A stretch of 64,000 nt of DNA. It comes from Candidatus Omnitrophota bacterium. GTDB taxonomy: Bacteria > Omnitrophota > Gorgyraeia > Zapsychrales > Fredricksoniimonadaceae. Shown one piece after another: positions 38,034-47,518 of the stretch. The notes under the pieces were generated by a model. That model saw only the letters and a program-made list of their open reading frames with translations. It was not told where the DNA came from and ran no database searches. How positions within the stretch are numbered: the stretch's first letter is position 1; every line of letters begins with the position of its first letter. Both the position numbers and the translations under genes were made by a program. The stretch lies in assembly GCA_016201795.1 (NCBI GenBank), contig JACQCF010000024.1:2115-66114 (forward strand). The letters are read 5' to 3'.

Positions 38034-39503
38034 ATGGTTTTTTATCGTATGAGTTTACTGTTATGGACGTTGGTCGTGTCTGCGTCATTCTGCCGGGCTG
38101 CAACCCAGGACAATGACATTGAAAGTCGTTTTATTTATCCCGAGTATTCCAAAAAAGTGTCGATGGATTTTAAAGACGCCTCTTTAACCGATGTGTTAAA
38201 AATTTTTTCCCGGCAGGCGGGGATGAACTTCATCGCCGCGCAGGATGTATCAGGCAAGAAAGTGACCCTGTTTTTAGATAATATTCCTGTGGAGGATGCT
38301 CTGGGTAAAATTTTGGAGGCCAATGATTTAACCTATGAAATGGCCCCCGGCAGTGATGTATTTATTGTCAAAGCCAAACCTAAGGGGCAGATGATGACTA
38401 AAGTTTTTCCTTTGAAGTATGCGACCGTATTTTCTTCCAAACTTAATAGCACGATTACAATTGCGGCCGGTTCGTCTTCCAGCGGTAGTTCCGCCTCGTC
38501 TTTATCCTCGGGGGGCATTATGGCCGCGGTAAAGACGGTATTATCTAAAGACGGGAAAATGGTAGAGGACCCTAGAACCAATAGTTTGATGATTACCGAT
38601 GCTCCTGAACAGTTTCCCCTGATTGAAGAAACCATTGCTAAATTAGATGTGCCGGTTTTACAAATCCTCATTGAAGTGGAGATGCTGGATGTATCCAAGT
38701 CTACGGGAGATAAGCTGGGCATTAATTTTTCCTCACTGGGTGGTTCCTTTGCTCCTTTAACCATTACCGAGGCTGCTAAAGCTACCTGGAGCCACGACAA
38801 AACCATGAAGGTCATGACTAATAATTTCAGTAACGCTTATGATATGACGGCGGTTTTGGATTTTTCAAGACAGCAAACGGATACGCGCACTTTGGCCAGG
38901 CCGCGGATTTTGACCTTAAACAATCAATCCGCGGAAATTAAGATTTCAACTAATGAGGCTATTTCTATCCAGAGTATTCAAGCTTCCACTGGCTCCACTT
39001 CATCCCAGACCGCGGTAACCCCGGAACGCGCGCAAACCGGCGTTTTTTTGACGGTCACACCGCAGGCGAATTTGTTAACAGGGGAAATTTTAATGGCTGT
39101 GTACCCTAAGGTCATTCAAGCGTCGGCCTCGACCCTTAAATTGCCTGCCGGAGCATCACCGATCAAAGATACCGAAGAGCGGGGCTCCCAATCCATTTTA
39201 AAAGTGAAAAACGGTGAGACTATTGCGCTGGGTGGTTTACTGCGGGAGGAAACCAGCAATACGATTGATAAGCTGCCGATTTTAGGCGATATCCCTTTAC
39301 TGGGGGCAGCTTTTCGTCATAAAGATAAAAGTACCGAGGAACGCGAGTTGATTATTTTTATTACCCCCTATATTCTCAATGATAAGGTTAAAGAGAAGTT
39401 TGACAGCAAGGCCGCTCTTCATTTTAACCGCGAGGTTAATCGACCGGTCGATCTTAATACCGTCAGTCAGCAGCTGAATTCCATGGAAAAGAGCAAACCA
39501 TAA
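38034..39503 (+). CDS. pilQ: secretin
   Basis: SMDFKDA, DPRTNSL, PRILTLNN, LPILGDIPLLGAAFR, ELIIFITP. Confidence 0.9.
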   Translation: MVFYRMSLLLWTLVVSASFCRAATQDNDIESRFIYPEYSKKVSMDFKDASLTDVLKIFSRQAGMNFIAAQDVSGKKVTLFLDNIPVEDALGKILEANDLTYEMAPGSDVFIVKAKPKGQMMTKVFPLKYATVFSSKLNSTITIAAGSSSSGSSASSLSSGGIMAAVKTVLSKDGKMVEDPRTNSLMITDAPEQFPLIEETIAKLDVPVLQILIEVEMLDVSKSTGDKLGINFSSLGGSFAPLTITEAAKATWSHDKTMKVMTNNFSNAYDMTAVLDFSRQQTDTRTLARPRILTLNNQSAEIKISTNEAISIQSIQASTGSTSSQTAVTPERAQTGVFLTVTPQANLLTGEILMAVYPKVIQASASTLKLPAGASPIKDTEERGSQSILKVKNGETIALGGLLREETSNTIDKLPILGDIPLLGAAFRHKDKSTEERELIIFITPYILNDKVKEKFDSKAALHFNREVNRPVDLNTVSQQLNSMEKSKP

Positions 39504-41242
39504 TGGCGCATCAAAAACTGGGTGAAATTCTTATTAAACAGGGCCTGATCACCGAAAACCAATTGCACGAAGCCATTAATATGCAGAAGCTGCAAAAGGG
39601 ACGTATCGGTGAGGTCTTTCTTAAACTGGGTATGCTGACAGAAAGTGATTTGGCTGCTACTTTGGGCACGCAGCTGGCGATCCCTTATGCTTCCCATATG
39701 ACCGGCCTGCTTAAACCCCGTTATGATCAGGGGTTGGATAAAATCGTGCCTTATGAATTTGCCCAGAAGAACCTGGTGCTTCCGCTGTCGAAAAATATGA
39801 ATTCCTTAACCTGCGCGGTGTTTGATCCTCTGGATCTTATCATGCTGGATAATTTGAAAATACTCACCCGTTGTGATCTGAATTTGGTGATTGCCACCAA
39901 GACAGATTTGAACAAGGCCATCAATGAATTTTATTTGACGCAGGGTAGCGATGAAAAAACAACCATGCTGGGTAAAGAGGTGGAAAAATCCTATACCGAT
40001 TCTGAGCCATCGGCTCTCATGCCAGAGACAGCGTATGCCAGGGAAAGCGCAGGGTCGGAACTCAGTATTGAGCGTCTCGTGGCCAGGGCGGAAGAAGCGC
40101 CGGTGGTCAAGCTGGTGGATTTAATTATCCGTCAGGCCATTGATGAGAGAGCCAGCGATATTCATATTGAACCGTTTAGAGACAAACTGGAAATCCGTTA
40201 CCGTATTGACGGTGTGCTGTATCAGGTTCCGCCGCCGGCGGCGCACCTGCATTTGCCTATTGTTTCGCGTATTAAAATTTTAGCCAAACTGGACATTGCT
40301 GAGAAACGTCTGCCTCAGGACGGCGCTATTTCCGCCAGGCTTGAAGACAGGGTGGTGGATTTGCGTATTTCCACGATTCCAACGGTCTGGGGGGAGAAAG
40401 TCGTTATGCGTCTTTTGGATAAAAACGCTGTTAAGCTGGATCTGACGAGTTTGGGTTTTGATTCCAAACAACTGACTTTAATCCGCAAAGCTTTGGATTC
40501 CTCTTACGGTTTATTTTTTGTCACCGGCCCCACGGGAAGCGGTAAATCAACGACGTTGTATGCAGCCCTTCAGGAGATCAAGGATTCCTCTAAAAACATT
40601 ATGACCTGTGAAGACCCCGTAGAGTTTAAAATTGAAGGGATCAATCAGGTGGGGGTTCGCAGCGACATAGGGCTTACCTTTGCTACCGCGCTTCGGGCTT
40701 TTTTACGCCAGGACCCGGATATTGTCATGGTGGGGGAAGTGCGTGATCTTGAGACCGCTCAGATTTGCGTGCGCGCGGCTTTGACCGGGCATTTGGTGTT
40801 AAGCACCCTTCACACCAATGACGCCCCCTCGGCCATCACGCGTTTGATGGATATCGGCATCCACAATTATCTGTTAACGCCGTCGCTGGTGATGATTATT
40901 GGCCAGCGCCTGGCCAGACGGCTATGCACCAAATGTAAAGAACCTTACGAGGCTAACGGTCAGCAAGTCATTGATTATAAAATCAAAAGTGATTTGATTT
41001 ATCGGGCCAAGGGGTGCGACGAATGCAATCAAACGGGTTATAAAGGCCGTCTGGTAGTGGCGGAGGCGATGGCGATTAACGAACAAATACGCACTTTAAT
41101 ATCGAACAATGCCAGTTACGACGAGCTTAAAGATGCCGCCCGCAAAAACGGCATGGATACGATGTTTGAATCGGGTATGAAGAAAGTCGAAGAGGGCTTG
41201 ACTAGCATCGAGGAAATTTTAGGGGTAACAGCCACGGGTTAA
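39503..41242 (+). CDS. pilB: type IV pilus extension ATPase with N-terminal MshEN-like domain
   Basis: ASDIHIEP, GPTGSGKSTT, LRQDPD, STLHTN, tetracysteine motif. Confidence 0.93.
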   Translation: MAHQKLGEILIKQGLITENQLHEAINMQKLQKGRIGEVFLKLGMLTESDLAATLGTQLAIPYASHMTGLLKPRYDQGLDKIVPYEFAQKNLVLPLSKNMNSLTCAVFDPLDLIMLDNLKILTRCDLNLVIATKTDLNKAINEFYLTQGSDEKTTMLGKEVEKSYTDSEPSALMPETAYARESAGSELSIERLVARAEEAPVVKLVDLIIRQAIDERASDIHIEPFRDKLEIRYRIDGVLYQVPPPAAHLHLPIVSRIKILAKLDIAEKRLPQDGAISARLEDRVVDLRISTIPTVWGEKVVMRLLDKNAVKLDLTSLGFDSKQLTLIRKALDSSYGLFFVTGPTGSGKSTTLYAALQEIKDSSKNIMTCEDPVEFKIEGINQVGVRSDIGLTFATALRAFLRQDPDIVMVGEVRDLETAQICVRAALTGHLVLSTLHTNDAPSAITRLMDIGIHNYLLTPSLVMIIGQRLARRLCTKCKEPYEANGQQVIDYKIKSDLIYRAKGCDECNQTGYKGRLVVAEAMAINEQIRTLISNNASYDELKDAARKNGMDTMFESGMKKVEEGLTSIEEILGVTATG

Positions 41243-41247
41243 TACGC

Positions 41248-42486
41248 ATGGCGATGTTTACTTATACAGCCAGAGACATGAGTGGTAAGATAAAGACTGA
41301 TATGATTGAGGCGCCCAACGAGCAGGGGCTGGTGGATAAACTTCAGGCACAGGGGTTATTTATCATCAAGGTGGCGGCCATGGCGGAAATGATGCAGGAA
41401 AAATCCGTGCAAAAGCCGGCGGAGGCCATTAAATTCCATCATGATAAAGTTAAACTGGAGGATTTGTTGACCTTTTCCCGACAGTTAGCCACCATGCTTG
41501 AGGCGGGGGTGGCGCTTTTGCGCAGTTTGAATGTCATTATTCCCCAGGTGCAGAGCCGGCAGTTAACCAGCATTTTAAAGCAGGTGCGCACGGACGTGGA
41601 AGCCGGTAAATCATTAAGTCAAAGCTTGAGCAAACATCCTAAAGTATTCGGGCAGTTCTGGGTGTCTTTGGCTGAGGTGGGGGAGGCTTCCGGCACCATG
41701 CCTCATGTTTTAAATAAGCTGGCCAATCACGTTCAAGAACAGGCGGAGTTTCGTTCAACGATTATCTCGGTGGCCATTTATCCGGCCATTCTTTTTACCG
41801 TATGCATCGGGGCGGTGGTTTTTTTTGCGCTGGTGGTGGCTCCTCGCTTTGAAGAAATTTTTACAGCCATGCACGCGCATCTTCCGGTCATGACACAAGT
41901 TCTGCTGGCAGTCTTTAAATTTATTAAAACAAATCTTATCCTTCTGTTGGCCGGGGGCGTGGGAGGATTCTTTGTGTTGAGAGCCTATTTATCTACGCCC
42001 CAAGGCGGTTTGATGGGAGAACGACTTATGTTTAGACTTCCCGTGGTGGGGGATGTGGTTAAGTTAATTATCGTGGAGCGTTTCAGTTCTCAGATGGCCA
42101 TTTTAGTGGACTCCGGTGTGCCCATTCTTTTGGCGCTGGAGATTACCGGACGTCTGGTGGAGAATCAAATCTGTGGTTCTTTAATCGCGCGAATCCAGGA
42201 AGAAGTGCGCGCGGGTAAAGGTATTGCGGATTCCATGGCCCAAGAAGGCTTTTTCCCGGTGATGGCGGTGCAGATGATCAAGGTGGGTGAAGAAACCGGG
42301 GAACTGGCTAAAATGCTCAATCATGTGGCGGCCTATTATAAAAGTAATGTGGAGGCTTTTGTGAAGCGTTTCGGCACCATTATCGAGCCGTTTATGCTGG
42401 TATTCATGGCTGCTGTTATCGGGGTTATAGTTGTATCTATCTTTTTGCCTTTATTTAAGTTGGGACAAGGCGGCGCGCCACATTAG
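41248..42486 (+). CDS. pilC: type IV pilus platform protein
   Basis: FSRQLATMLEAG, GEASG, GEETGEL, IEP. Confidence 0.93.
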   Translation: MAMFTYTARDMSGKIKTDMIEAPNEQGLVDKLQAQGLFIIKVAAMAEMMQEKSVQKPAEAIKFHHDKVKLEDLLTFSRQLATMLEAGVALLRSLNVIIPQVQSRQLTSILKQVRTDVEAGKSLSQSLSKHPKVFGQFWVSLAEVGEASGTMPHVLNKLANHVQEQAEFRSTIISVAIYPAILFTVCIGAVVFFALVVAPRFEEIFTAMHAHLPVMTQVLLAVFKFIKTNLILLLAGGVGGFFVLRAYLSTPQGGLMGERLMFRLPVVGDVVKLIIVERFSSQMAILVDSGVPILLALEITGRLVENQICGSLIARIQEEVRAGKGIADSMAQEGFFPVMAVQMIKVGEETGELAKMLNHVAAYYKSNVEAFVKRFGTIIEPFMLVFMAAVIGVIVVSIFLPLFKLGQGGAPH

Positions 42487-42516
42487 TCTGTGAGCACAAA
42501 ATTTTAGGGGCAAGAC

Positions 42517-42546
42517 TTGACAACGGCAGGGTAAAGATGTTAATCT
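42517..42546 (+). promoter_or_regulatory. sigma70-type promoter of the pilin gene
   Basis: TTGACA followed by TG-T-TAATCT; AAGGAG RBS downstream. Confidence 0.55.
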
Positions 42547-42605
42547 TTAAGCGAAAGGATAGTTATCATACTTAAACCGTTATAAATAAAATAAGGAGAA
42601 AGATT

Positions 42606-43046
42606 ATGACTAGGTTAACCAGGAAAAGAAGCGGTTTTACGCTCATTGAAATCATCGTTGTTTTGATTATCGTTGGTGTACTGGCAGCTATTGCTTTGCC
42701 GAACCTTTTTAGAAACGTGATTAAAAGCAGGGCCCAGGAAGCATTACAGGCTATGAGCCCATATAGAAGTGCTGTGGAAGGCTGTATTGTGGCGCATCCT
42801 GCAAGTACTAGTACGAGTTGTACTAATGCTATTTTGAATAATGGAAATTGGACCACGACTAATTTTACCTATACTCTTACTGCACCTGCAGCCGCCACGG
42901 ATACCGGTTATGCTATTTTGGCAACCGGTCAAGCAGCGGTTCCTGCCACCGATACTATAACGATAACGCGTGCCGCAGCTGCTTCTCCTGCAGTGGGGGC
43001 CGTTACTTGTACAGGCGCTGGTCAGGATTTCCTAGGCATTTGTTAG
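42606..43046 (+). CDS. type IV pilin, probable major pilin
   Basis: G|FTLIEIIVV; own promoter, RBS and terminator; 4 Cys. Confidence 0.9.
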   Translation: MTRLTRKRSGFTLIEIIVVLIIVGVLAAIALPNLFRNVIKSRAQEALQAMSPYRSAVEGCIVAHPASTSTSCTNAILNNGNWTTTNFTYTLTAPAAATDTGYAILATGQAAVPATDTITITRAAAASPAVGAVTCTGAGQDFLGIC

Positions 43047-43064
43047 TTTTTGATAGTTCAAATC

Positions 43065-43100
43065 AAAAGGCAACATCGAAGTCTGATGTTGCCTTTTTTT
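43065..43100 (+). terminator. intrinsic terminator after the pilin gene
   Basis: AAAAGGCAACATC-loop-GATGTTGCC then T7. Confidence 0.85.
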
Positions 43101-43111
43101 AAATACCGCGT

Positions 43112-43170
43112 TTGACATTTAGTTACTAAGGATATATACTTATCATAAATGATAAGGACACCTTCTTAGT
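43112..43170 (+). promoter_or_regulatory. abiE promoter with inverted-repeat operator
   Basis: TTGACA-17-TATACT; CTTATCAT-aa-ATGATAAG at 43139-43156; ACTAAG/CTTAGT outer repeat. Confidence 0.75.
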
Positions 43171-43758
43171 ATGAAATTGTCTCGACTGGAACAACTGGTC
43201 AAACGTCTGTATTTTAGCAGCGCCGATGTCGGCTCATTGTTTGAGCTTGCACCGGCATCCGCCCATCTGTTATGCAGCCGCTATACGGCCAAAAACGTCT
43301 TTATCCGTCTTAAAAAAGACTGTTACACTTTAAGCCAAAGGTGGAATTCGTTGCAAGGCAAAGATATCTTTCGCCTGGCTAATATCCTTCAGGTGCCTTC
43401 TTATATTTCCCTCATGAGTGCTCTTTCTTTTTTTCAGGTCACCACTCAAATGCAACAAAATTATATCGAAAGCGTCGCCTTGAAAAGGTCGGTCACATTT
43501 CATATTAAAGAAACGGATTTTAAATTTTATAAAATTGCTCCTGCTTTCTATGGAGATTTCGTTCGTCAAGACGAATTTTTTATCGCCACCAAAGAAAAAG
43601 CTTTCCTGGACTGTGCTTATTTGACATCTTTCGGCAAGTATCGTTTTGATGTTGCCTCCATTGATATTGATAAATTAGATAAAAAGAAAATTAAACAGGG
43701 ACTTAAACCTTATCCTAAAAAAACCCAAATGTTGGTGGAGCGTTTATGCAAGATTTAA
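43171..43758 (+). CDS. AbiEi-like antitoxin (type IV TA)
   Basis: wHTH-like N-terminus, PSYISLMSAL, IATKEKAFLD; overlaps the toxin gene. Confidence 0.82.
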   Translation: MKLSRLEQLVKRLYFSSADVGSLFELAPASAHLLCSRYTAKNVFIRLKKDCYTLSQRWNSLQGKDIFRLANILQVPSYISLMSALSFFQVTTQMQQNYIESVALKRSVTFHIKETDFKFYKIAPAFYGDFVRQDEFFIATKEKAFLDCAYLTSFGKYRFDVASIDIDKLDKKKIKQGLKPYPKKTQMLVERLCKI

Positions 43759-44417
43759 TCAAACAGGAACAATTTGAAATCGAAGTTCTGCAATACCTTA
43801 ACAGTAAAAGACTGCTGGGCAACCTTGTCTTTGGCGGCGGAACCATGCTGCGGCTGTGCTGGGGCCTCAACCGTTTTTCGGTCGACCTCGACTTTTGGCT
43901 GATCAAAAAAGCCGATCCCAAGGGCCTCTTTAAAGGATTGAAAGAACATTTACAACGCTCCTATGCTATCCGGGACGCCGCTATGAAATTCCATACCCTG
44001 CTTTTTGAAATTAAATCTCCCCGGTATCCGCGGGCCTTAAAAATAGAAATCCGTAAAGAATTAAAGAACGTCGAAACCGAAGGGGCCATCGCCTATAGCC
44101 CGCACACCTCAATCCAGGTCATACTTAAAACCATCACTTTAGAGGAAATGATGAAGGCAAAAATAGAGGCCTTGGTCGAGCGAAAGGAAATCCGTGACGC
44201 CTTTGATATCGAATTTCTTTTTAAAAAGTCCATCGCCATTAAAGCCTCCCCCAGGGTGCTCAAAAATGCGCTCACCATCATTCAAGGGTTTACCGCGAAA
44301 GATTATACCGTGAAACTGGGAAGCCTATTGGAGGCATCACAAAGGAAGTATTATGCCTCCTCTCATTTTAAAATTCTGCAATCGGCTATCAACGAACAGC
44401 TGGCGGATAAGGCATGA
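43746..44417 (+). CDS. AbiEii/AbiGii nucleotidyltransferase toxin
   Basis: FGGGTMLRL...RFSVDLDF, KIEAL..R...RDAFD. Confidence 0.9.
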   Translation: MQDLIKQEQFEIEVLQYLNSKRLLGNLVFGGGTMLRLCWGLNRFSVDLDFWLIKKADPKGLFKGLKEHLQRSYAIRDAAMKFHTLLFEIKSPRYPRALKIEIRKELKNVETEGAIAYSPHTSIQVILKTITLEEMMKAKIEALVERKEIRDAFDIEFLFKKSIAIKASPRVLKNALTIIQGFTAKDYTVKLGSLLEASQRKYYASSHFKILQSAINEQLADKA

Positions 44418-44445
44418 AACCGACATTGGACATATGGTCACGTAG

Positions 44446-44474
44446 TTGACATCGTACAGAGGGAATGTTATATT
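44446..44474 (+). promoter_or_regulatory. sigma70 promoter, probably giving a leaderless mRNA
   Basis: TTGACA-17-TATATT with TG extension, ending 6 nt before ATG 44481. Confidence 0.65.
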
Positions 44475-44480
44475 TTAAAT

Positions 44481-44939
44481 ATGAGAGCTAAAAGAGGCTT
44501 TACGTTAATTGAAATTATAGTAGTTCTTGTCATCGTTGGAGTGTTGGCTACGATAGCTGTTCCCAATTTTGTCAACATGATAAACCAGTCCTATGCCCAG
44601 GATGCGATGCGTAATCTCATGGCCATTTACGCGGCGCAGGTCAGTAATCAACAAAATAGCGGTAGTTATTGTACGGCAAGCTGTGCAAACACAGGGTCAA
44701 TTAATAGCAACTTAGGAGTAAGCATTGTCACCAGCGGTGGTACGGGTTACAATTGTAATGTTATATGTACTGGGGGGACGCAGTGCTGTATTGCAGCAGG
44801 TCAAGGTTCTTTTACGATGCAGCTTGTACTGAGCAATCCTGTTAATGTCGGTACAGCTCCTGTATATTGTGGCCCAGCCAATCCTCCTCCTACTAATCCC
44901 TGCTGTCAGGGAGGGAATGCTGGTGATACTTGTCCATAG
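44481..44939 (+). CDS. cysteine-rich type IV pilin
   Basis: G|FTLIEIIVV; 10 Cys in the C-terminal domain. Confidence 0.88.
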   Translation: MRAKRGFTLIEIIVVLVIVGVLATIAVPNFVNMINQSYAQDAMRNLMAIYAAQVSNQQNSGSYCTASCANTGSINSNLGVSIVTSGGTGYNCNVICTGGTQCCIAAGQGSFTMQLVLSNPVNVGTAPVYCGPANPPPTNPCCQGGNAGDTCP

Positions 44940-44942
44940 CCT

Positions 44943-45305
44943 ATGTTAAAAATTAATACCCAGGGCATGAGTCTTCTCGAGGCATTTTTAGCCGCGGTTA
45001 TTTTTGTGATCTCGGTGGCCGCGGTTTTTACCACCCTCATCGGTACACGCCGGCCGGCGGTGAATAATGATCAGATGACCACTGCCGCGCTGGTGGCCAA
45101 AAATGTTTTGGAAGATTTGCGTTCTAAAGTCGATGCCCTCGATTACCCTACTGGCAATTTAAGTAGTGGTACTCATACACTTACCGGTCAAGGCCCATCA
45201 GGTCTTTACAACGTCTATTACAATGTAACTTTACTCAATGCCTTGGATCCTAATTCCGCCAGGCAGGTGAACTTGACGGTTACTTGGCCGGATGCCGTAC
45301 CATAA
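44943..45305 (+). CDS. PilV-like minor pilin
   Basis: QG|MSLLE, C-terminal VNLTVTW. Confidence 0.75.
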   Translation: MLKINTQGMSLLEAFLAAVIFVISVAAVFTTLIGTRRPAVNNDQMTTAALVAKNVLEDLRSKVDALDYPTGNLSSGTHTLTGQGPSGLYNVYYNVTLLNALDPNSARQVNLTVTWPDAVP

Positions 45306-45307
45306 AT

Positions 45308-45934
45308 ATGAAAATTCTTAGTCATTTGGCCCTCAGTCTCATGGAACTTATTGTCGCCTCCGTTGTCGTTATTATTATTTTACTCGGGATTGCCTCTTCA
45401 CAGCTTATTTTTCAGAGAAACAGCAATTATTTCGGCAGCAACTATTTTGTCAGCGCCATGACCGATAATATGCTTAACCATATCCTCACCAGCGCGTCCA
45501 TGGCCATTGGAAGCGGTATAGCGAATGATAAAGGAATTCTGATTGGTTTAGCAGAGACCGGGGATGCTAATACCTTCTGCATTCATCAGGATGTTCAAAA
45601 GACGTTAGGGCCGGGAGTCGATTATCCGGGGACGGTGAATGGCGACCTTTTTACTACGGCAAATCACCGCTGGCTCTGTTATACGCTTGATTCCACTACT
45701 CATCAGCTTACTTATTGCGACCGTACATATACTTCAGGTGCGGCCAAGTGCCCTCCCGGTAACGGTATCGTTTTAGGTACAGCATTGAATGTAGGCCCCC
45801 CCAGTTTCACAAATGGTCTATTTTCGATAGCTATTACCAATTGCATGGACCCAACCCAGAGTACCTGTGGGACCACCTCTAATCCCTCTGTCACAAAAAC
45901 AGGAAGCGTGTCACCCTCCGCGCACAGCCTTTAA
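45308..45934 (+). CDS. PilW-like minor pilin
   Basis: A|LSLMELIV with hydrophobic helix; Cys pairs. Confidence 0.7.
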   Translation: MKILSHLALSLMELIVASVVVIIILLGIASSQLIFQRNSNYFGSNYFVSAMTDNMLNHILTSASMAIGSGIANDKGILIGLAETGDANTFCIHQDVQKTLGPGVDYPGTVNGDLFTTANHRWLCYTLDSTTHQLTYCDRTYTSGAAKCPPGNGIVLGTALNVGPPSFTNGLFSIAITNCMDPTQSTCGTTSNPSVTKTGSVSPSAHSL

Positions 45935-46040
45935 CGGTCTGTTTTGATTTGACACACCTCGTCGATTACGCTACCATACGCCATTATGTTGACGGCTTTA
46001 AATACTTCCAAGCCGTCATGCCGAGGAACGAGGGATTTCC

Positions 46041-47333
46041 ATGTTAGATTTAAAATTTATCCGCGAAAATGTTGACAAAGTCAAAGCCGCCTTGGAGGCC
46101 AAAGGAGCTCAGGTGGACTTGAGCCGTCTTTTGAAGCTGGATGCCGACCGAAGGCGTTTGATCGTCGAACTTGATGAGCTCAAAGCCAAGAAGAATACGG
46201 CCAATGAAGACATCGGCCGCATGGTCAGGGAAAAGCGCGACCCTAAAGTTAAAATTGCCTTCATGAGGACAATTGCCTCTGGCATTGATGCTCTGGAACC
46301 GGCCATTAAAAAGGTGGAAGAAGAGCTCGGCCAGATTTTAATGATGATCCCCAATATCCCGCACCCGTCGGTGCCGGTGGGAGGTCCCGAAGCCAATCAA
46401 GAAGTTGCCCGTTGGGGAAAAACTCCCGTCTTCGATTTTAAACCCAAGACGCATATCGAAATCGCCGAAAGTTTGGATATTATTGATTTTAAACGCGCCG
46501 CTAAACTCAGCGGCTCCAATTTTGTTCTTTATAAAGATTCAGGCGCGCGCCTGGTGAGGGCTTTGTATAATTTCATGCTGGATTTGCATACGGCCAAGCA
46601 TGGCTACCGCGAGATGTTTCCGCCGGTGGTGGTCAACAGCGCCGCCATGACAGGCACCGGCCAGCTACCTAACATGAAAGAGGATATGTATAAACTCGAG
46701 GGGGATGATTTGTATTTGATTCCCACCGCCGAGGTGCCTCTGACCAATATTCACCGCGATGAACTTCTTAATGAAGAAGACCTGCCTTTGTATTATACGG
46801 CGTATACGGCCTGTTTCCGTCGGGAAGCCGGCTCTTACGGGAAAGATACGCGCGGCCTGATGAGGGTGCATCAATTTGATAAGGTGGAGTTGGTCAAGTT
46901 CGTCAAAGGGCAAGATTCTTATCAAGAGTTGGAAAGTTTGCTGGCTGATGCCCGTCGGGTGTTTGAACTGCTGGGGATTCCTTATCGGGTGTTGATGTTG
47001 GCCAGCGGCGATTTGAGTTTTGCAGCCGCCAAATGTTATGATATTGAAGTGTACGCGGCAGGTCTGGATAAATGGCTGGAAGCGTCCAGCTGTTCGAATT
47101 TTGAAGATTTTCAGGCCCGCCGGGCCAATATCGCCGTCAGGGGCAAAGACGGCAAGAAGAAAGGTTTTGTGCATACCCTCAACGCCTCCGGCGTGGCCTT
47201 GCCGCGCACCATGATTGCTATCCTGGAGAATTATCAAACCAAAGACGGCGATGTGATGGTCCCTGAAGCCCTGCGTCCTTATATGGGTGGGGTGGAAGTT
47301 ATTAAGAGGAAAAATAATCAGAAGAGTTCTTAA
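46041..47333 (+). CDS. serS: serine--tRNA ligase
   Basis: MLDLKFIR, LIPTAEVP, FRREAG, RVHQF, HTLNAS. Confidence 0.98.
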   Translation: MLDLKFIRENVDKVKAALEAKGAQVDLSRLLKLDADRRRLIVELDELKAKKNTANEDIGRMVREKRDPKVKIAFMRTIASGIDALEPAIKKVEEELGQILMMIPNIPHPSVPVGGPEANQEVARWGKTPVFDFKPKTHIEIAESLDIIDFKRAAKLSGSNFVLYKDSGARLVRALYNFMLDLHTAKHGYREMFPPVVVNSAAMTGTGQLPNMKEDMYKLEGDDLYLIPTAEVPLTNIHRDELLNEEDLPLYYTAYTACFRREAGSYGKDTRGLMRVHQFDKVELVKFVKGQDSYQELESLLADARRVFELLGIPYRVLMLASGDLSFAAAKCYDIEVYAAGLDKWLEASSCSNFEDFQARRANIAVRGKDGKKKGFVHTLNASGVALPRTMIAILENYQTKDGDVMVPEALRPYMGGVEVIKRKNNQKSS

Positions 47334-47334
47334 A

Positions 47335-47413
47335 GGAGAGTCCGCCTCATCAAAATGACTATGTCATTTTGATGGGCGAGACTTCTCCGGAAGAATTTCT
47401 CTGAAATTCTTCC
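47335..47413 (+). repeat. double-hairpin leader of tRNA-Ser(TGA)
   Basis: GGAGAGTCC-hairpin-GAGACTTCTCC-hairpin; same scaffold at 53729-53790. Confidence 0.8.
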
Positions 47414-47501
47414 GGAGAGGTGGCTGAGCGGTTGAAAGCGGCGGTCTTGAAAACCGTTATGGGCGCATAGTCCATCGTGAGTTCGAATCTCACCCTCTCC
47501 G
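47414..47501 (+). tRNA. tRNA-Ser(TGA)
   Basis: GCGGT-CTTGAAA-ACCGT anticodon arm, long variable arm, GTTCGAATC. Confidence 0.95.
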
Positions 47502-47518
47502 TTGTTATTCAAATCTTC

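Noticed and set aside
45989-46018. Hairpin TGACGGCTT...AAGCCGTCA in the serS leader as a T-box
   Set aside because: Leader is far too short and lacks the T-box consensus
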